Of a stretch of DNA of 64,000 nucleotides, positions 1 through 13,296 are shown in pieces. Position 1 is the stretch's first letter. Every line of letters begins with the position of its first letter. The stretch is from Anthoceros angustus (lineage: Eukaryota > Plantae > Anthocerotophyta), in assembly GCA_010909165.1 (NCBI GenBank), contig MU008209.1, positions 262,109 through 326,108 of the forward strand. The letters run 5' to 3'. The notes beneath the pieces were generated by a model. It worked only from the letters and a program-made list of their open reading frames with translations, searched no databases and was not told where the DNA came from. A program made the translations under genes and the position numbers.

Positions 1-449
1 ATGCCGATATTTCTCGATGCTGACCTGGCCTGCGAATCTCTTCATAATCCACCAACAGGACCAGTTGCCCCTTGGCATCAACGCTCCCTTCTCCCTCCAA
101 GGAGCGGGATCCCTCGAATGACTTGTCTGTGCCGCGAATTGTACGTTTTTCATTCTGGAGACGCGTTCTCTTGCCTGCTGCCTCCGCTCATCGGTCGCCA
201 TTCCAGACGCTGATCGGGAAGATGCTTTTCTCCGCATGTTGAGCTCAATGCGGGCAAGATCGTGTGGATTTTTCTCGAAGAGCGGTGCATTTTATTCCGG
301 ATTTTTGTGAACTTAGCTGCAGCTGGAGTTGCTAGACGGAGTTCCCTTATGAGAATTGCAGCGTAGCTGCGAGGCGCGGCCTCGGTTTTCCACGCTCTTT
401 GCGTTCAGTGGATTGTGTTGGCTCAGATCTGGAGAGGACGACGTCAGCT

Positions 450-3400
450 ATGTGCGCGACGCAGCTGTACAGTCCGTCACCGGCAAGTAGGGCAATCATT
501 CAGGCGTGCAGACCAGAAGCACAATTGCCAGGAGGATTCTGCTTGAAGAGCTTCACTGCGAATGAAATTCGTCGACAATGTCTGCACGTCCCGGTTGCCA
601 CTGGATCCGTGAAGTGCAACTCGTCTCTCAGAATCCGGACCAAGGAGGTGACGTCGGTCCATAGTTTCCTGCAATGTTGCCAAATTGTGGACTCCAGAGA
701 TGCACATCGACTTGTTCAATGACTGACAACACCGCTGTGCTTGGCGCTGTGTTAGATGCCGGCGGTGCTTTCCTTCAACACTCCATCCCCTTGGCAAGTG
801 TCCGGGATAGTGAACAAGAGTGCTTGCTCGTGCCTGCTGTCGTGGATGTCCTTCAAGTTTGGGATAAGTCCACCATTTTGGAGCATGAGGGCTGAAAGAA
901 GAGCTGCCAAGTCCAGGAAAGCAGAGAATAAACTGCCGGAGGAACTCAATGTCCGTGCTGAATTTCCCTCTCCTGGCGCGCAGGAGGAGTCTGTGAAAGA
1001 TACTCAAGGTGAGCTTCAGAGCTTGCTCTGTGACCACCTGCTACACGTTGATTCCTTTGCTTCGCAATTAGCCTTCTGTTTCTGTCCCGCATCAGTGGAA
1101 TCATTTTCTTCTGACTAGGTTATGTCGTGCAGATGCACTCAGAAAAACAGAAACAACCACGGATCTACAAGCGGAAGCAACACGTGTGGTCAACAAGACT
1201 GAAGAGATTCAACCAGATTCCAATGGCTGGATTCCGGAAGGTGCAGACAAGACGAAGTCTTCATTGAGTATCACAATTTTGGGGGCAACTGGGGACTTGG
1301 CCAGAAACAAAATTTTCCCTGCGTTGTTTGCCTTGTTCAACAGTGGTTACCTGCCTGAGGTAACGCCACGTCCTGATGAACCTACAGAAATCTTGTCAGA
1401 AACTACCTCCGTTTGGATTTTGGGCAGGCCGCCTCTCAAGCTACCTTTTTCTCATCTGGTGGTTGATCACTTAGAATGTCGGGATTTTTGGATTCTCAAG
1501 AAGCAAGATGTCTGATGAGGAATTCAGGAGTCTCATTAGCCAGAAGCTAACCTGCAGAATAGACCAACGGTATGTAATTTGTCTTTGCTTGACTTTGTTC
1601 TGCTGACATGAGGCTTCAACGTGGACACCATTACCTTGCTACCTTACGCTTACTAGCCCATTGCCTTTTGAAGGGAAGACTGTGGGGAAAAGATCGCCAA
1701 GTTCTTGCAAATGGTACAGTATGTACGTGGCGTGTATGGAGCCTGTGACGCAATGGCAGGGCTCGTGAACAAAATGAAGCAATTGGAGGTGATCTTTCCA
1801 TCACTTTGCATGATGTCGAACTGCTCTAGCATGCGGTCAACTCCTGCTCTGTTGTTGACCAAAGAACTTTCTTCTCATCTTGACAGGGGAATGGCATAGG
1901 AAACCGCATTTTCTACCTCTCTGTTCCATACGAAAATGTTCCTGAGGTAGCACGGTGCGTTAGTGCCAACGGGCAGTACAGGCTGGACTAGGGTTATTTT
2001 GGAAAAGCCATTTGGACACGATGTAGAGTCATCAGCAAGGATCACAGAAGCCCTACTTTCTGGTCTTACTGAGGAGCAGATTTACAGGTCTGTGACTATT
2101 CATGTTTCTACTTGAATGTGGGTCCACGAGTTGAGCTGGATTCTTCACTGCTATTTGCCATTATGGCAGGATTGATCAGCACCTGGGGAAGGAGTTAATG
2201 GAGAACCTGACTGTATTGCGCTTCTCCAACCTTGTGTTTGAACCTCTTTGGAGCAGGACATACATTCGGAATGTGCAAGTAAGATCACTTCTCAGCCAAA
2301 TTTTAAGGCTTAATAGCAGCTCTGGATATTCACCAAGATGTGAATCTGCAGGTAATCTTGTCGGAAGATTGGGGAGTTGAAGGAAGGTTTGTTCTCAGAT
2401 CCGCACAACGCTAAGATGTACATTGTTTTCAGATGCAAATTCATTTCAAAGTCGTGCCTCAACTGTTTGCCAACTTCGATAGATATGACCTGGAGGTATC
2501 GTTATTACTCTATTCAGGTACTTCAATGAGCATGGTATTATTCGTGATATTGTCCAAAGCAATGTCTGCAAACAATTGCTTTATTCGCAATGGAGCCTCC
2601 TGTCAGTCTTGATGGTGAGGACGTCCGCAATGAGAAGGCAAGAGTGCCCAAGGACGTTTCCCTTGATTTCGTTCTCTTTGCATGATGTCGAACTGCTCTA
2701 GCATGCGGTCAACTCCTGCTCTGTTGTTGACCAAAGAACTTTCTTCTCATCTTGACAGGGGAATGGCATAGGAAACCGCATTTTCTACCTCTCTGTTCCA
2801 TACGAAAATGTTCCTGAGGTAGCACGGTGCGTTAGTGCCAACGGGCAAAGCAGTACAGGCTGGACTAGGGTTATTTTGGAAAAGCCATTTGGACACGATG
2901 TAGAGTCATCAGCAAGGATCACAGAAGCCCTACTTTCTGGTCTTACTGAGGAGCAGATTTACAGGTCTGTGACTATTCATGTTTCTACTTGAATGTGGGT
3001 CCACGAGTTGAGCTGGATTCTTCACTGCTATTTGCCATTATGGCAGGATTGATCAGCACCTGGGGAAGGAGTTAATGGAGAACCTGACTGTATTGCGCTT
3101 CTCCAACCTTGTGTTTGAACCTCTTTGGAGCAGGACATACATTCGGAATGTGCAAGTAAGATCACTTCTCAGCCAAATTTTAAGGCTTAATAGCAGCTCT
3201 GGATATTCACCAAGATGTGAACTGCAGGTAATCTTGTCGGAAGACTGGGGAGTTGAAGGAAGAGGAAGGTTTGTTCTCAGATCCGCACAACGCTAAGATG
3301 TACATTGTTTTCAGATGCAAATTCATTTCAAGTCGTGCCTCAACTGTTTGCCAACTTCGATAGATATGACCTGGAGGTATCGTTATTACTCTATTCAGGT

Positions 3401-6007
3401 ACTTCAATGAGCATGGTATTATTCGTGATATTGTCCAAAGCAATGTCTGCAAACAATTGCTTTATTCGCAATGGAGCCTCCTGTCAGTCTTGATGGTGAG
3501 GACGTCCGCAATGAGAAGGCAAGAGTGCCCAAGCCGGACGTTTCCCTTGATTTCGTTCTCTTTATATGCTCGCAAAGCTGAAAGGCTACTAACATGTATG
3601 CTTTGTTACAGGTCAAGGTGCTAAGGTCCATGAGAAAACCTACCTTAAATGATGTCGTGCTTGGTCAATACAAGGCAAGTGTTTCCAAAGATGGGAAATC
3701 GAAGATTCCAGGATACCTCGATGAGCAAGATGTGCCACCGAACAGTTTGACACCCACATTTGTGGCTGGTGTATTTTACATCGACAATGCTCGCTGGGAT
3801 GGAGTTCCTTTTCTAATCAAGGCTGGCATCAGGTTAATCAAACACAAGTTAAACATTGTGGACTCTCGCCATCTTTGAAAAGTTCGCGATTTGCAGATAA
3901 TCATGATTCAACTGATGTACCTTGTTGGCTTCTGAAGGGTGGAGATTCGTATACAGTTTCGACATGTTCCTGGCAACCTCTACAGGGAGCGATTTGGCTC
4001 CAACTTGGATCTGGCAACAAATGAGCTCATCATCCGCATTCAACCAGATGAAGCAGTCTTCTTGAGGGTCAACAACAAGGTGCCCGGCCTGGGGCTGCAA
4101 CTGGACTCACAAGAGCTGAATCTGTTCTACAAGGACATGTATGTCCTGGAACTCCTTGTGCTTTCTGTTTTGCTCCCTTTACGCACATGTTCCAACCTTC
4201 TGAGGTGCACCGTGCAGATACGCGGCTGAGGAGATCCCCGATTCGTATGAACGCCTGATCTTGGACGTCATTGACGGTGATAACCACCTTTTCATCAGGG
4301 GTGACGAGTGTCAAGCAGCTTGGGAACTCTTGGCTCCCGTCCTGTCTGAGATTGAAGAACAAGGTATCCCTGAGCTGTACTCAGGCAGAGGCCCCATCGG
4401 AGCGTACTATCTTGGTGCGAAGCACGGTGTTCGGTTGGGCTGATGACTGAGCATCGGCTGGGATCACAGAAGCCCTACTTTCTGGTCTTACTGAGGAGCA
4501 GATTTACAGGTCTGTGACTATTCATGTTTCTACTTGAATGTGGGTCCACGAGTTGAGCTGGATTCTTCACTGCTATTTGCCATTATGGGATTGATCAGCA
4601 CCTGGGGAAGGAGTTAATGGAGAACCTGACTGTATTGCGCTTCTCCAACCTTGTGTTTGAACCTCTTTGGAGCAGGACATACATTCGGAATGTGCAAGTA
4701 AGATCACTTCTCAGCCAAATTTTAAGGCTTAATAGCAGCTCTGGATATTCACCAAGATGTGAACTGCAGGTAATCTTGTCGGAAGACTGGGGAGTTGAAG
4801 GAAGAGGAAGGTTTGTTCTCAGATCCGCACAACGCTAAGATGTACATTGTTTTCAGATGCAAATTCATTTCAAAGTCGTGCCTCAACTGTTTGCCAACTT
4901 CGATAGATATGACCTGGAGGTATCGTTATTACTCTATTCAGGTACTTCAATGAGCATGGTATTATTCGTGATATTGTCCAAAGCAATGTCTTGCAAACAA
5001 TTGCTTTATTCGCAATGGAGCCTCCTGTCAGTCTTGATGGTGAGGACGTCCGCAATGAGAAGGCAAGAGTGCCCAAGCCGGACGTTTCCCTTGATTTCGT
5101 TCTCTTTATATGCTCGCAAAGCTGAAAGGCTACTAACATGTATGCTTTGTTACAGGTCAAGGTGCTAAGGTCCATGAGAAAACCTACCTTAAATGATGTC
5201 GTGCTTGGTCAATACAAGGCAAGTGTTTCCAAAGATGGGAAATCGAAGATTCCAGGATACCTCGATGAGCAAGATGTGCCACCGAACAGTTTGACACCCA
5301 CATTTGTGGCTGGTGTATTTTACATCGACAATGCTCGCTGGGATGGAGTTCCTTTTCTAATCAAGGCTGGCATCGGGTTAATCAAACACAAGTAAGCAAC
5401 ATTGTGGACTCCTCGCCATCTTTGAAAAGTTCGCGATTTGCAGATAATCATGATTCAACTGATGTACCTTGTTGGCTTCTGAAGGGTGGAGATTCGTATA
5501 CAGTTTCGACATGTTCCTGGCAACCTCTACAGGGAGCGATTTGGCTCCAACTTGGATCTGGCAACAAATGAGCTCATCATCCGCATTCAACCAGATGAAG
5601 CAGTCTTCTTGAGGGTCAACAACAAGGTGCCCGGCCTGGGGCTGCAACTGGACTCACAAGAGCTGAATCTGTTCTACAAGGACATGTATGTCCTGGAACT
5701 CCTTATTAACTTTCTGTTTTGCTCCCTTTACGCACATGTTCCAACCTTCTGAGGTGCACCGTGCAGATACGCGGCTGAGGAGATCCCCGATTCGTATGAA
5801 CGCCTGATCTTGGACGTCATTGACGGTGATAACCACCTTTTCATCAGGGGTGACGAGTGTCAAGCAGCTTGGGAACTCTTGGCTCCCGTCCTGTCTGAGA
5901 TTGAAGAACACAAGGTATCCCCTGAGCTGTACTCCTTCGGTGGCAGAGGCCCCATCGGAGCGTACTATCTTGGTGCGAAGCACGGTGTTCGTTGGGCTGA
6001 TGACTGA
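450..6007 (+). CDS. G6PD4: Plastid-type glucose-6-phosphate dehydrogenase, P0/G6PD4-like (probably catalytically inactive); multi-exon, middle and 3' exons present in 2-3 tandem copies
   Basis: Exons encode [22 protein letters not shown] (Rossmann fold), [24 protein letters not shown]|[34 protein letters not shown] and a C-terminal HGVRWADD* (stop 6005-6007). The N-terminus from ATG 450 is transit-peptide-like. The final copy (4461-6007) carries the cleanest 3' exons. Confidence 0.9.
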
Positions 6008-6018
6008 CATCGGCTGGG
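1805..6018. repeat. Staggered near-identical tandem duplications inside G6PD: ~1805-2679 repeated at ~2676-3563, and ~2916-4460 repeated at ~4461-6018
   Basis: Junctions read directly: 2676 (…ttctCTTTgcatgatgtcg returns to 1805) and 4461 (ggatcacagaagcc returns to 2916). Copies differ mainly by small indels. Confidence 0.9.
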
Positions 6019-6198
6019 CTCGTACTAGAAGCAGCTGTCCACCTACCCCTTGGTCTGGAGACAGTGCACAAGTCCTGAGACCATCTGTAGTGCTGTCAAT
6101 CATGGTCCTTCCAAAGATGGGGAACGACAGACGCTGTAGAACGGACAATCGGACGGATACATACATGCCGCTGCGACTAGCTAGCCACGTTTGTTGTT

Positions 6199-6303
6199 GT
6201 TGTTCACATGAACCAGCAGTTGTTCACACGAACCAGCAGTTGTTCACACGAACCAGCAGTTGTTCACACGAACCAGCAATTGTTCACACGAACCAGTAGT
6301 TGT
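6199..6303. repeat. 20-bp minisatellite (GTTGTTCACACGAACCAGCA) x ~5
   Basis: Period of 20 is directly visible at 6199-6303, between the convergent 3' ends of G6PD and PEX22. Confidence 0.95.
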
Positions 6304-6834
6304 CACCCACAAATCTCCAAGGTCTCACCAAGGATGAATTCAGAGCAAAAAGTCAATGGATCGCCACAAAAATTAGCCACCCCTATTACGAGGTGGCCAG
6401 AGGAAATAACCAAATAACCTTCTAACAACCTACCGTCACCAACACCAACTCTGGGAATACCAGGCAATACATACAGAGGTTCTATGGATATGGGGGAGCC
6501 CTGATCCAAGGGTGTACATGATACATACTGCAAAATGCTTGTGCGAGCTCTCCAGTGGGGAAGCAGTGAGAGCTAGTCCACTGGCCATGGTGCCTTACTG
6601 TGGATCATGATCATACAACATTTGGTGAAGCTGAATCCCTGAATGCTAACATCAACAGCTCATGGTTCCAAAGGTCTCCATTTTCACAGCACGTACTTGG
6701 ACATCTCCCCAGAGGTCGCCAATGCGCAGAATCATGCATGTCATCAATAGCCGGCTTGCTGGATCGCTTCAACAATGTAGTCAAGCAGGGGGACCACCTC
6801 CACAGGTAATTTAGTAGTCAGTAGTGTACAGGCC

Positions 6835-7720
6835 TTACTCACTGGAAGGGGACAATCCAAAATACAGCTCCAAGGACTCCGCTGCAATGACGTTGCTGGC
6901 AATTGATGCAGCACCTGGGGCTGTAATGTGAAGCGAATGCCGGATAAAGCGCTGGAAACAACACGCACACAAGTGTCACACAAAAACAGCGAAACCCTGA
7001 AGGTGGAAGGACTAATAAGATGGCCTGATCTGACAGCCACGTACAGCGAGTTGAGAGATGGTTGTAGCAGATGTATCTACATGCCAGTCGGGTTCCAGTT
7101 GGCGTACAAACGACGTCCTCCCCGACTCAGAGCTACAGAACAACACCTGATGGCGAATTCAAGGCCGCCCATGTGAAAAAGGTGTCCGAGTGCAAGAGAG
7201 CATCCGTTTGAAGGAATCTCAAACGACGACAAAAAAGAGACGATAGGCACATGCTGCCACAGTAATACACAAAAAGGATGCATACCTTATTACGGTTCAC
7301 AGAGCCCACAGAAAACAACCCCACAGCATCGAGTGCAGCCAGCACTGCCGCCTGTTGAACACATCAAAACGATACAAGGACGTCAGGTACCAACGAAAAA
7401 TCAACTGCTGGCAAGGCGAGCCGGCTACGTTGACGGAAAACATCACATGCACCATAATCATCTACTTCACGAAGAAAACCAAGACTCACCTCACTCCTCA
7501 TCGTCCAGAACCCTTGCTATGAGATACAAATCACAAACCTGAGATATCTCCAGAAGTACTTCCACAACAGCAGGTTTCACAATAGCATGCTTCTGCATGC
7601 ATAGAACAGAGCTCATAGTCAACAACCACGTAAAACACTGGGGTTCGTCCGCACATCTCATCAAAGGCAAAACATCGAAGTACCTGGAGCTCTTCAGTGC
7701 TTTCCTCCAAAACGACACCA
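6835..7720 (-). pseudogene. Duplicate of the 3' exons of PEX22 (probably an assembly duplicate)
   Basis: 6678-7718 is repeated at 7719-8757. The junction is at …acgacaCCAttttcacagc. This copy has no 5' exons. Confidence 0.75.
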
Positions 7721-7867
7721 TTTTCACAGCACGTACTTGGACATCTCCCCAGAGGTCGCCAATGCGCAGAATGCATGTCATCAATAGCCGGCTGGATCGC
7801 TTCAACAATGTAGTCAAGCAGGGGGACCACCTCCACAGGTAATTTAGTAGTCAGTAGTGTACAGGCC

Positions 7868-9526
7868 TTACTCACTGGAAGGGGACAATCCAAAATACAG
7901 CTCCAAGGACTCCGCTGCAATGACGTTGCTGGCAATTGATGCAGCACCTGGGGCTGTAATGTGAAGCGAATGCCGGATAAAGCGCTGGAAACAACACGCA
8001 CACAAGTGTCACACAAAAACAGCGAAACCCTGAAGGTGGAAGGACTAATAAGATGGCCTGATCTGACAGCCACGTACAGCGAGTTGAGAGATGGTTGTAG
8101 CAGATGTATCTACATGCCAGTCGGGTTCCAGTTGGCGTACAAACGACGTCCTCCCCGACTCAGAGCTACAGAACAACACCTGATGGCGAATTCAAGGCCG
8201 CCCATGTGAAAAAGGTGTCCGAGTGCAAGAGAGCATCCGTTTGAAGGAATCTCAAACGACGACAAAAAAGAGACGATAGGCACATGCTGCCACAGTAATA
8301 CACAAAAAGGATGCATACCTTATTACGGTTCACAGAGCCCACAGAAAACAACCCCACAGCATCGAGTGCAGCCAGCACTGCCGCCTGTTGAACACATCAA
8401 AACGATACAAGGACGTCAGGTACCAACGAAAAATCAACTGCTGGCAAGGCGAGCCGGCTACGTTGACGGAAAACATCACATGCACCATAATCATCTACTT
8501 CACGAAGAAAAACCAAGACTCACCTCACTCTCATCGTCCAGAACCCTTGCTATGAGATACAAATCACAAACCCGAGATATCTCCAGAAGTACTTCCACAA
8601 CAGCAGGCCTCACAATAGCATGCTTCTGCATGCATAGAACAGAGCTCATAGTCAACAACCACGTAAAACACTGGGGTTCGTCCGCACATCTCATCAAAGG
8701 CAAAACATCGAAGTACCTGGAGCTCTTCTGAAGTGCTTTCCTCCAAAACGACACCAATCAGCTGCACCGTCATCTGAACAACAAAAATGTCACCGTCTGC
8801 CAGTGTTCAGCACTTCACAAAAAAAAGACTCCCTTTCCTACGCAGCAAACGTACCTTCCGAGCGCCATCCAACCGCGTCCTCACTATTTGGCTCAAAGTA
8901 AGCTGCCAGGCGGAAAGCGTCAGAAGTCACGAAACATGCAGACCAGAAAGATCAAGCCAGAAACTTGCACTGAAGGTAGAACCTGAGCTGGAACTGAAGG
9001 CTCCCGAATAACAACGCCACGCTGAACAGCATGCGTGATAGATCCCGCAGCGGCAGTAGACGTGCCGCTAGCACTGCCATCCCCTGCTCCCTGCACCCCC
9101 TCTCGCGAGGTGGACGGAGCCTCCCGCTTGTCGAATCTCCGCCGTCGGTTGCTCGGACTCCTAAGTAGTTTCCAGGTGCACACCAACGCAATGGCAAATC
9201 CCGCAACAGCTCCTATCGAGCTCACATTCTGCGGCAACCACAGGATTCCGGTCACTGCCGTTCCACACATTTAAACCTAAAACCTCTGTGCATGCGAACT
9301 TGCATGTCATTCAGACATTCCTGAATCCCGTCTCTCAGCACAGCGCAGAGCACATCCGAATTCGCCTCATCCGACCTGGCCGTCACATATGAGGTGCAGA
9401 AATTACAAGGGAGCAACTCACCTTGTAGCGGAACAGAAAAGCAATGACATGCGACAACTTGAGCGTCAGAGAGGCACTGAATCCCCGTATTAGCTGCACA
9501 AGTTCTTCAGCGATGGAATCGCCCAT
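7868..9526 (-). CDS. PEX22: Peroxisome biogenesis protein 22 (PEX4 membrane anchor), multi-exon
   Basis: Spliced translation: MGDSIAEELVQLIRGFSASLTLKL…SIGAVAGFAIALVCTW (TM)…LTLSQIVRTRLDGARK…VVLEESTSEELQ…VEVLLEISRVCDLYLIARVLDDESE…VLFCSSESGRTSFVRQLEPDWHVD…LELYFGLSPSSE*. This matches plant PEX22 motifs. Confidence 0.9.
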
Positions 9527-10319
9527 AGTCTCTTTCGGCATTCAGTCTCGTTCGGGGCCGGTGAGGATCGAGGAAAGAGGAAGAGAATTTGAGTGTTCTT
9601 GGCCAGGGTTTGGCGGATGTTCTTTTCGGTCCGACTGTCCTGCAAATTCACGGACCCAACCTGCTGAATGGTGCACCCAACTCTTACTCGCATCTGCCAA
9701 TCGCTCGTTTAGGGCTCTTTTCTTAAGCAAGGCTTCCCTGGGATAATAACACACGTGCTCCTCCACAATACAATACAATGTAGGCCACATATAGACCACA
9801 GCCAACTTAATCCAATCGCTGCTAATCGCCCCACAAACTTTCTCGTTTAGAGAACAGCTGCGCTTTTAGCCCTCTTGATATCCCACAAACTCTCTTATTT
9901 AGAGAACAGCCCACCACTTGACAACATATAGTAGAAAATAGACGACTGTTGGAATTTTTTAATATTATATATGATGGCTTCTCATCTTGGAGATGTGTCG
10001 ACGCATCCTCAATAACAACTTTGGTTTTTCCACCTTCCTCGGCCGAAAATGAATATGAACATCGTCTCAAAGGGCACGGATGCGCCGGTGTAACGGTGCT
10101 TCCGCATCCTGATTGTGTGTACATCATAGAAACATTCACACGCTCTAATATATCGGCAAACTGGCGCATCCATGCCTTGATTGTGTGCATGTGATAGCAC
10201 CAACTTTTAATGCCCCCTGCTAATTTTTTTGATAGCTGGAATGTGATAACTTTTAGGAGCAAAAGCAGCCCTGAAGGCCGCATGGTCATCAGTAAAATAA
10301 TCAAGTTCGGGTCAAATAG

Positions 10320-13296
10320 TGTCACCGGTGAGCGGGCGAGAACGTGTCAGCTTGAAGCGTGGACGTTGCGGTGGTCAGAGACTCAACTGGAGCAAATTAC
10401 GCAAGTAACGGACCAGCCTCGACTAACGGTGGAGGCCAATCCGAACCCCGCTGTCAATGGAAGTCGAGGAAGATCCCGGGCGTGCGACATCAACCTTCGC
10501 AGTTCGGGGGGAACCTAATTTGGGACAGTCGTCCGAAGCCACCGAAGGGAGGGTCAAGAATAGTTCAGTGGGGCGACTCTTCGATGTTGGGTAGAGGCAC
10601 CAGGCCACTAGCAAAGGGGGGCTAGCCGCGGTCCGCGCCCCAGTCGGCGAAGGTAAGCACGTGTGGAGGATCCGGTATCCCCCCACGCTTGGTAGCAATA
10701 ATTAGGTTAGGTAGCTGGCAGTAGGTAGCTGACAAGGCCAGCTAGGGTGTGTAATGAAGGCAACCTCAGAGCTGTATAAGAGGGAGGTTGCCGCCCTTGT
10801 AATGCGATTCTTTTTTTAACATGATTCCGCATTTGCAGCTGGACTCCGCTCCGCCGGGTGTGAATATGTTGCCCAAGTCACCGAACGGGTGGACTGTCTT
10901 GGGAAAGGAAATCCTAGCTCTAGTGACGAGCCTGCTAACGCGTGGTGGTGAGTGCAAGTGCTGAAGGACTCCAGCCTCGACTTCACGCAAGCATTGTGGT
11001 GGAGTTGAGCATGCCGAAGTGGTAGCCGAAACGAGGGCAGTGGAGCTGAGGAATGATCAACCCCAACCCTGCTCTGCATGGACGTGGCCACGGAGGACTT
11101 GCGGAAGCTACACCTCTCTCGAAGCGTGAAGCAACACATTGAACAGACCTCCCAACGGAGGAAGAGAGAGATTGAGCAGAGGAGAAGCGGCGTTGAGAGA
11201 AGTGAGCATGGAGAGGTTAGCGTCTGCTAGCCGGAGGACGCGAACGAGTCCTTAAACGTATGGTAACACCAGGCCTCAGGTGGTAGCGTATGTGAGGATA
11301 TCCTGTAGAGCCTGAGAAGAAAGAGAATGTGCGGAGTAGCCTGGGGTGAATTGTAAATCCAGGTCAAAATGAGTCCTTAAGCATGGACTCTAACGGGAAG
11401 GTGGTGGCCTTGTTTGGGTGGTCCAGTTCGTTTATCGGAGCCTCGAGAGCTTCCTTAGACGCGAGTTTGAAAGGGCAGGTTTAGGCCCTACTGCCCTGGA
11501 GTCCGAGGTAGGACCGTTAGCGATGGGGTTTAACTTGTGGAGATTTTACCCAAAGTAGCTAGAAGTAATAAGCTGGAGCCATAGGCACGAATCATTCTCT
11601 CGGGATCGAACCAACGACTACACGATAACGGGTTATAGTGTGCGCCCAGCTAGTCTGCTAGCAAAAAACCGTCCATGAATGCTTCTTGGCCTTTCATCTG
11701 CCATAATACCATCTCCTTAATGTACCTCCCTTCAAAAGCGTCTGCAAGCTTAGTTTACGGTTGAACTTTGAAGAGTACCTCGAGAAGTTTATCTAAAGCA
11801 CTTTCAGACCAAAATTCGGTCCTCTGGAGATCTTTTATGAGCACAGCTAACCTCACTAAGCAACAGGAACATCTCTGTTAACTCTGGCTTTTACCCACAA
11901 GCTATTGTCATAGGCGCCCAGAAATCATATCTCGTCGGGGACTCGCTTGAGCAAAGGGTGTGGAAGGATATCCTCCTCTAGAATATTCATGAAAGAGGCC
12001 GTACTTCAACAAATATTCCTTTAATGTACCACACCAAAGGATACTATTCTTGTCACCGACCAGAGGGAGCGAAACAGGTGGAGAGGCTAGCTTTGATAGC
12101 GGTGTGGACGCGAGGTGGTCAGTCTGACCACCTCTGGGAGCAAGACGGCGCAAGAAATGACGGGCAAGGGAAAATCCGAGAACCCCGTGTCTGTCAATGG
12201 AAGTCGAGGAAGACACGCAGTGCCGACATCAACCTTCGGCCATTCTGGGAACCTAATTTGGGATGGTGTCGGTGTCACCAAAGGGAGGGGAATGAATTCG
12301 CGACTCTTGATGTTGGGTAGAGGCACGGCCACTAGCAAGGGGGCTAGCTGCGCGTCAGCGAAGTAAGCACGCAGGAGGATCCATCCCCACGCTAGCAATA
12401 ATTAGGTTAGGTAGTTTGGCAGGTAGGCTGACACAAGGCCAAATTTAGGGTGTAATGAAGGCAACCTCGTAGTCAGATAAGAGGGAGGTTGCCTTGTAAT
12501 GCGATTCTTTTTAACATGATTCCGTGAGCAGCCTGGACTCGCCTCATGGTGAATATGTTGCCCAAGTCACCGAACGGTGGGACCGTCTTGGGAGAAATCC
12601 TAGCTCTAGTGACGAGCTCGCTAACGCGCGTGGTGGTAGTGCAAGTGCTGAAGGACTCCTCGACTTCACGCAAGCATTGTGGTGGAGTTGAGCATGCGTG
12701 GTAAACGAGGCGTGGAGCTGAGAATGATCAACCCCAACCCCGCCTCGCATGGGCGTGGCCACGGAGGACTTGAAGCTACACCTCTCAAGCGAACACATTG
12801 AATGTGACCCTCCCAGTGAGGAAGAGAGAGATTGAGCGAGGAGGCGTTGAGAGAAGTGAGCATGGAGAGGTTAGCGTCACTGGGAGGACGCGAGCAGTCC
12901 TTAAACGTATGGTAACACCAGGGCCTCGGTGGTAGCGTATGTGAGGATATCTGTAGAGCACGAGAAGAAAGAGAATGTGCGGAGTAGCACTGGGGTGGTT
13001 GTAAATCCAGGTCAAGGGTTTGAGTCCTTAAGGCGGTCAGTCTGCGGGAAGGGTGCATGGGTGGTCCGATTCGTTTATGAGCCTCGAGGAGCTTCCTTAG
13101 GCGCTTGAGTTTGAAAGGCGGGTTTGAGCCCCACCGCCCCGGAGTCAGGTAGGACCGTTAGCGATGGGGTTTAACTTGTGGAGATTTTACCCAAAGTAGA
13201 AGTATGTCGGAGCCATAGGCACGAATCATTCTCTCGGGATCAGACCAACGACTACTACACGATAACGGGTTATAGTGTGCTTGACTAGTCTGCTAT
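10320..13296. mobile_element. Two tandem copies (~10320-11663 and ~12051-13298) of a ~1.3 kb LTR-like element
   Basis: Both copies begin TGTCACCG and end …GCA before the same flank (aaaccgtccatgaatg). They share long colinear blocks with many indels. No target-site duplication could be found. Confidence 0.45.

Noticed and set aside
6199-6303. Possible CRISPR-like array
   Set aside because: Contiguous tandem repeats without unique spacers, in a eukaryotic context with no cas genes.
450-9526. G6PD4 and PEX22 as a peroxisome-related gene pair
   Set aside because: Only a thematic link; nothing in the sequence indicates co-regulation, and the genome is gene-dense.
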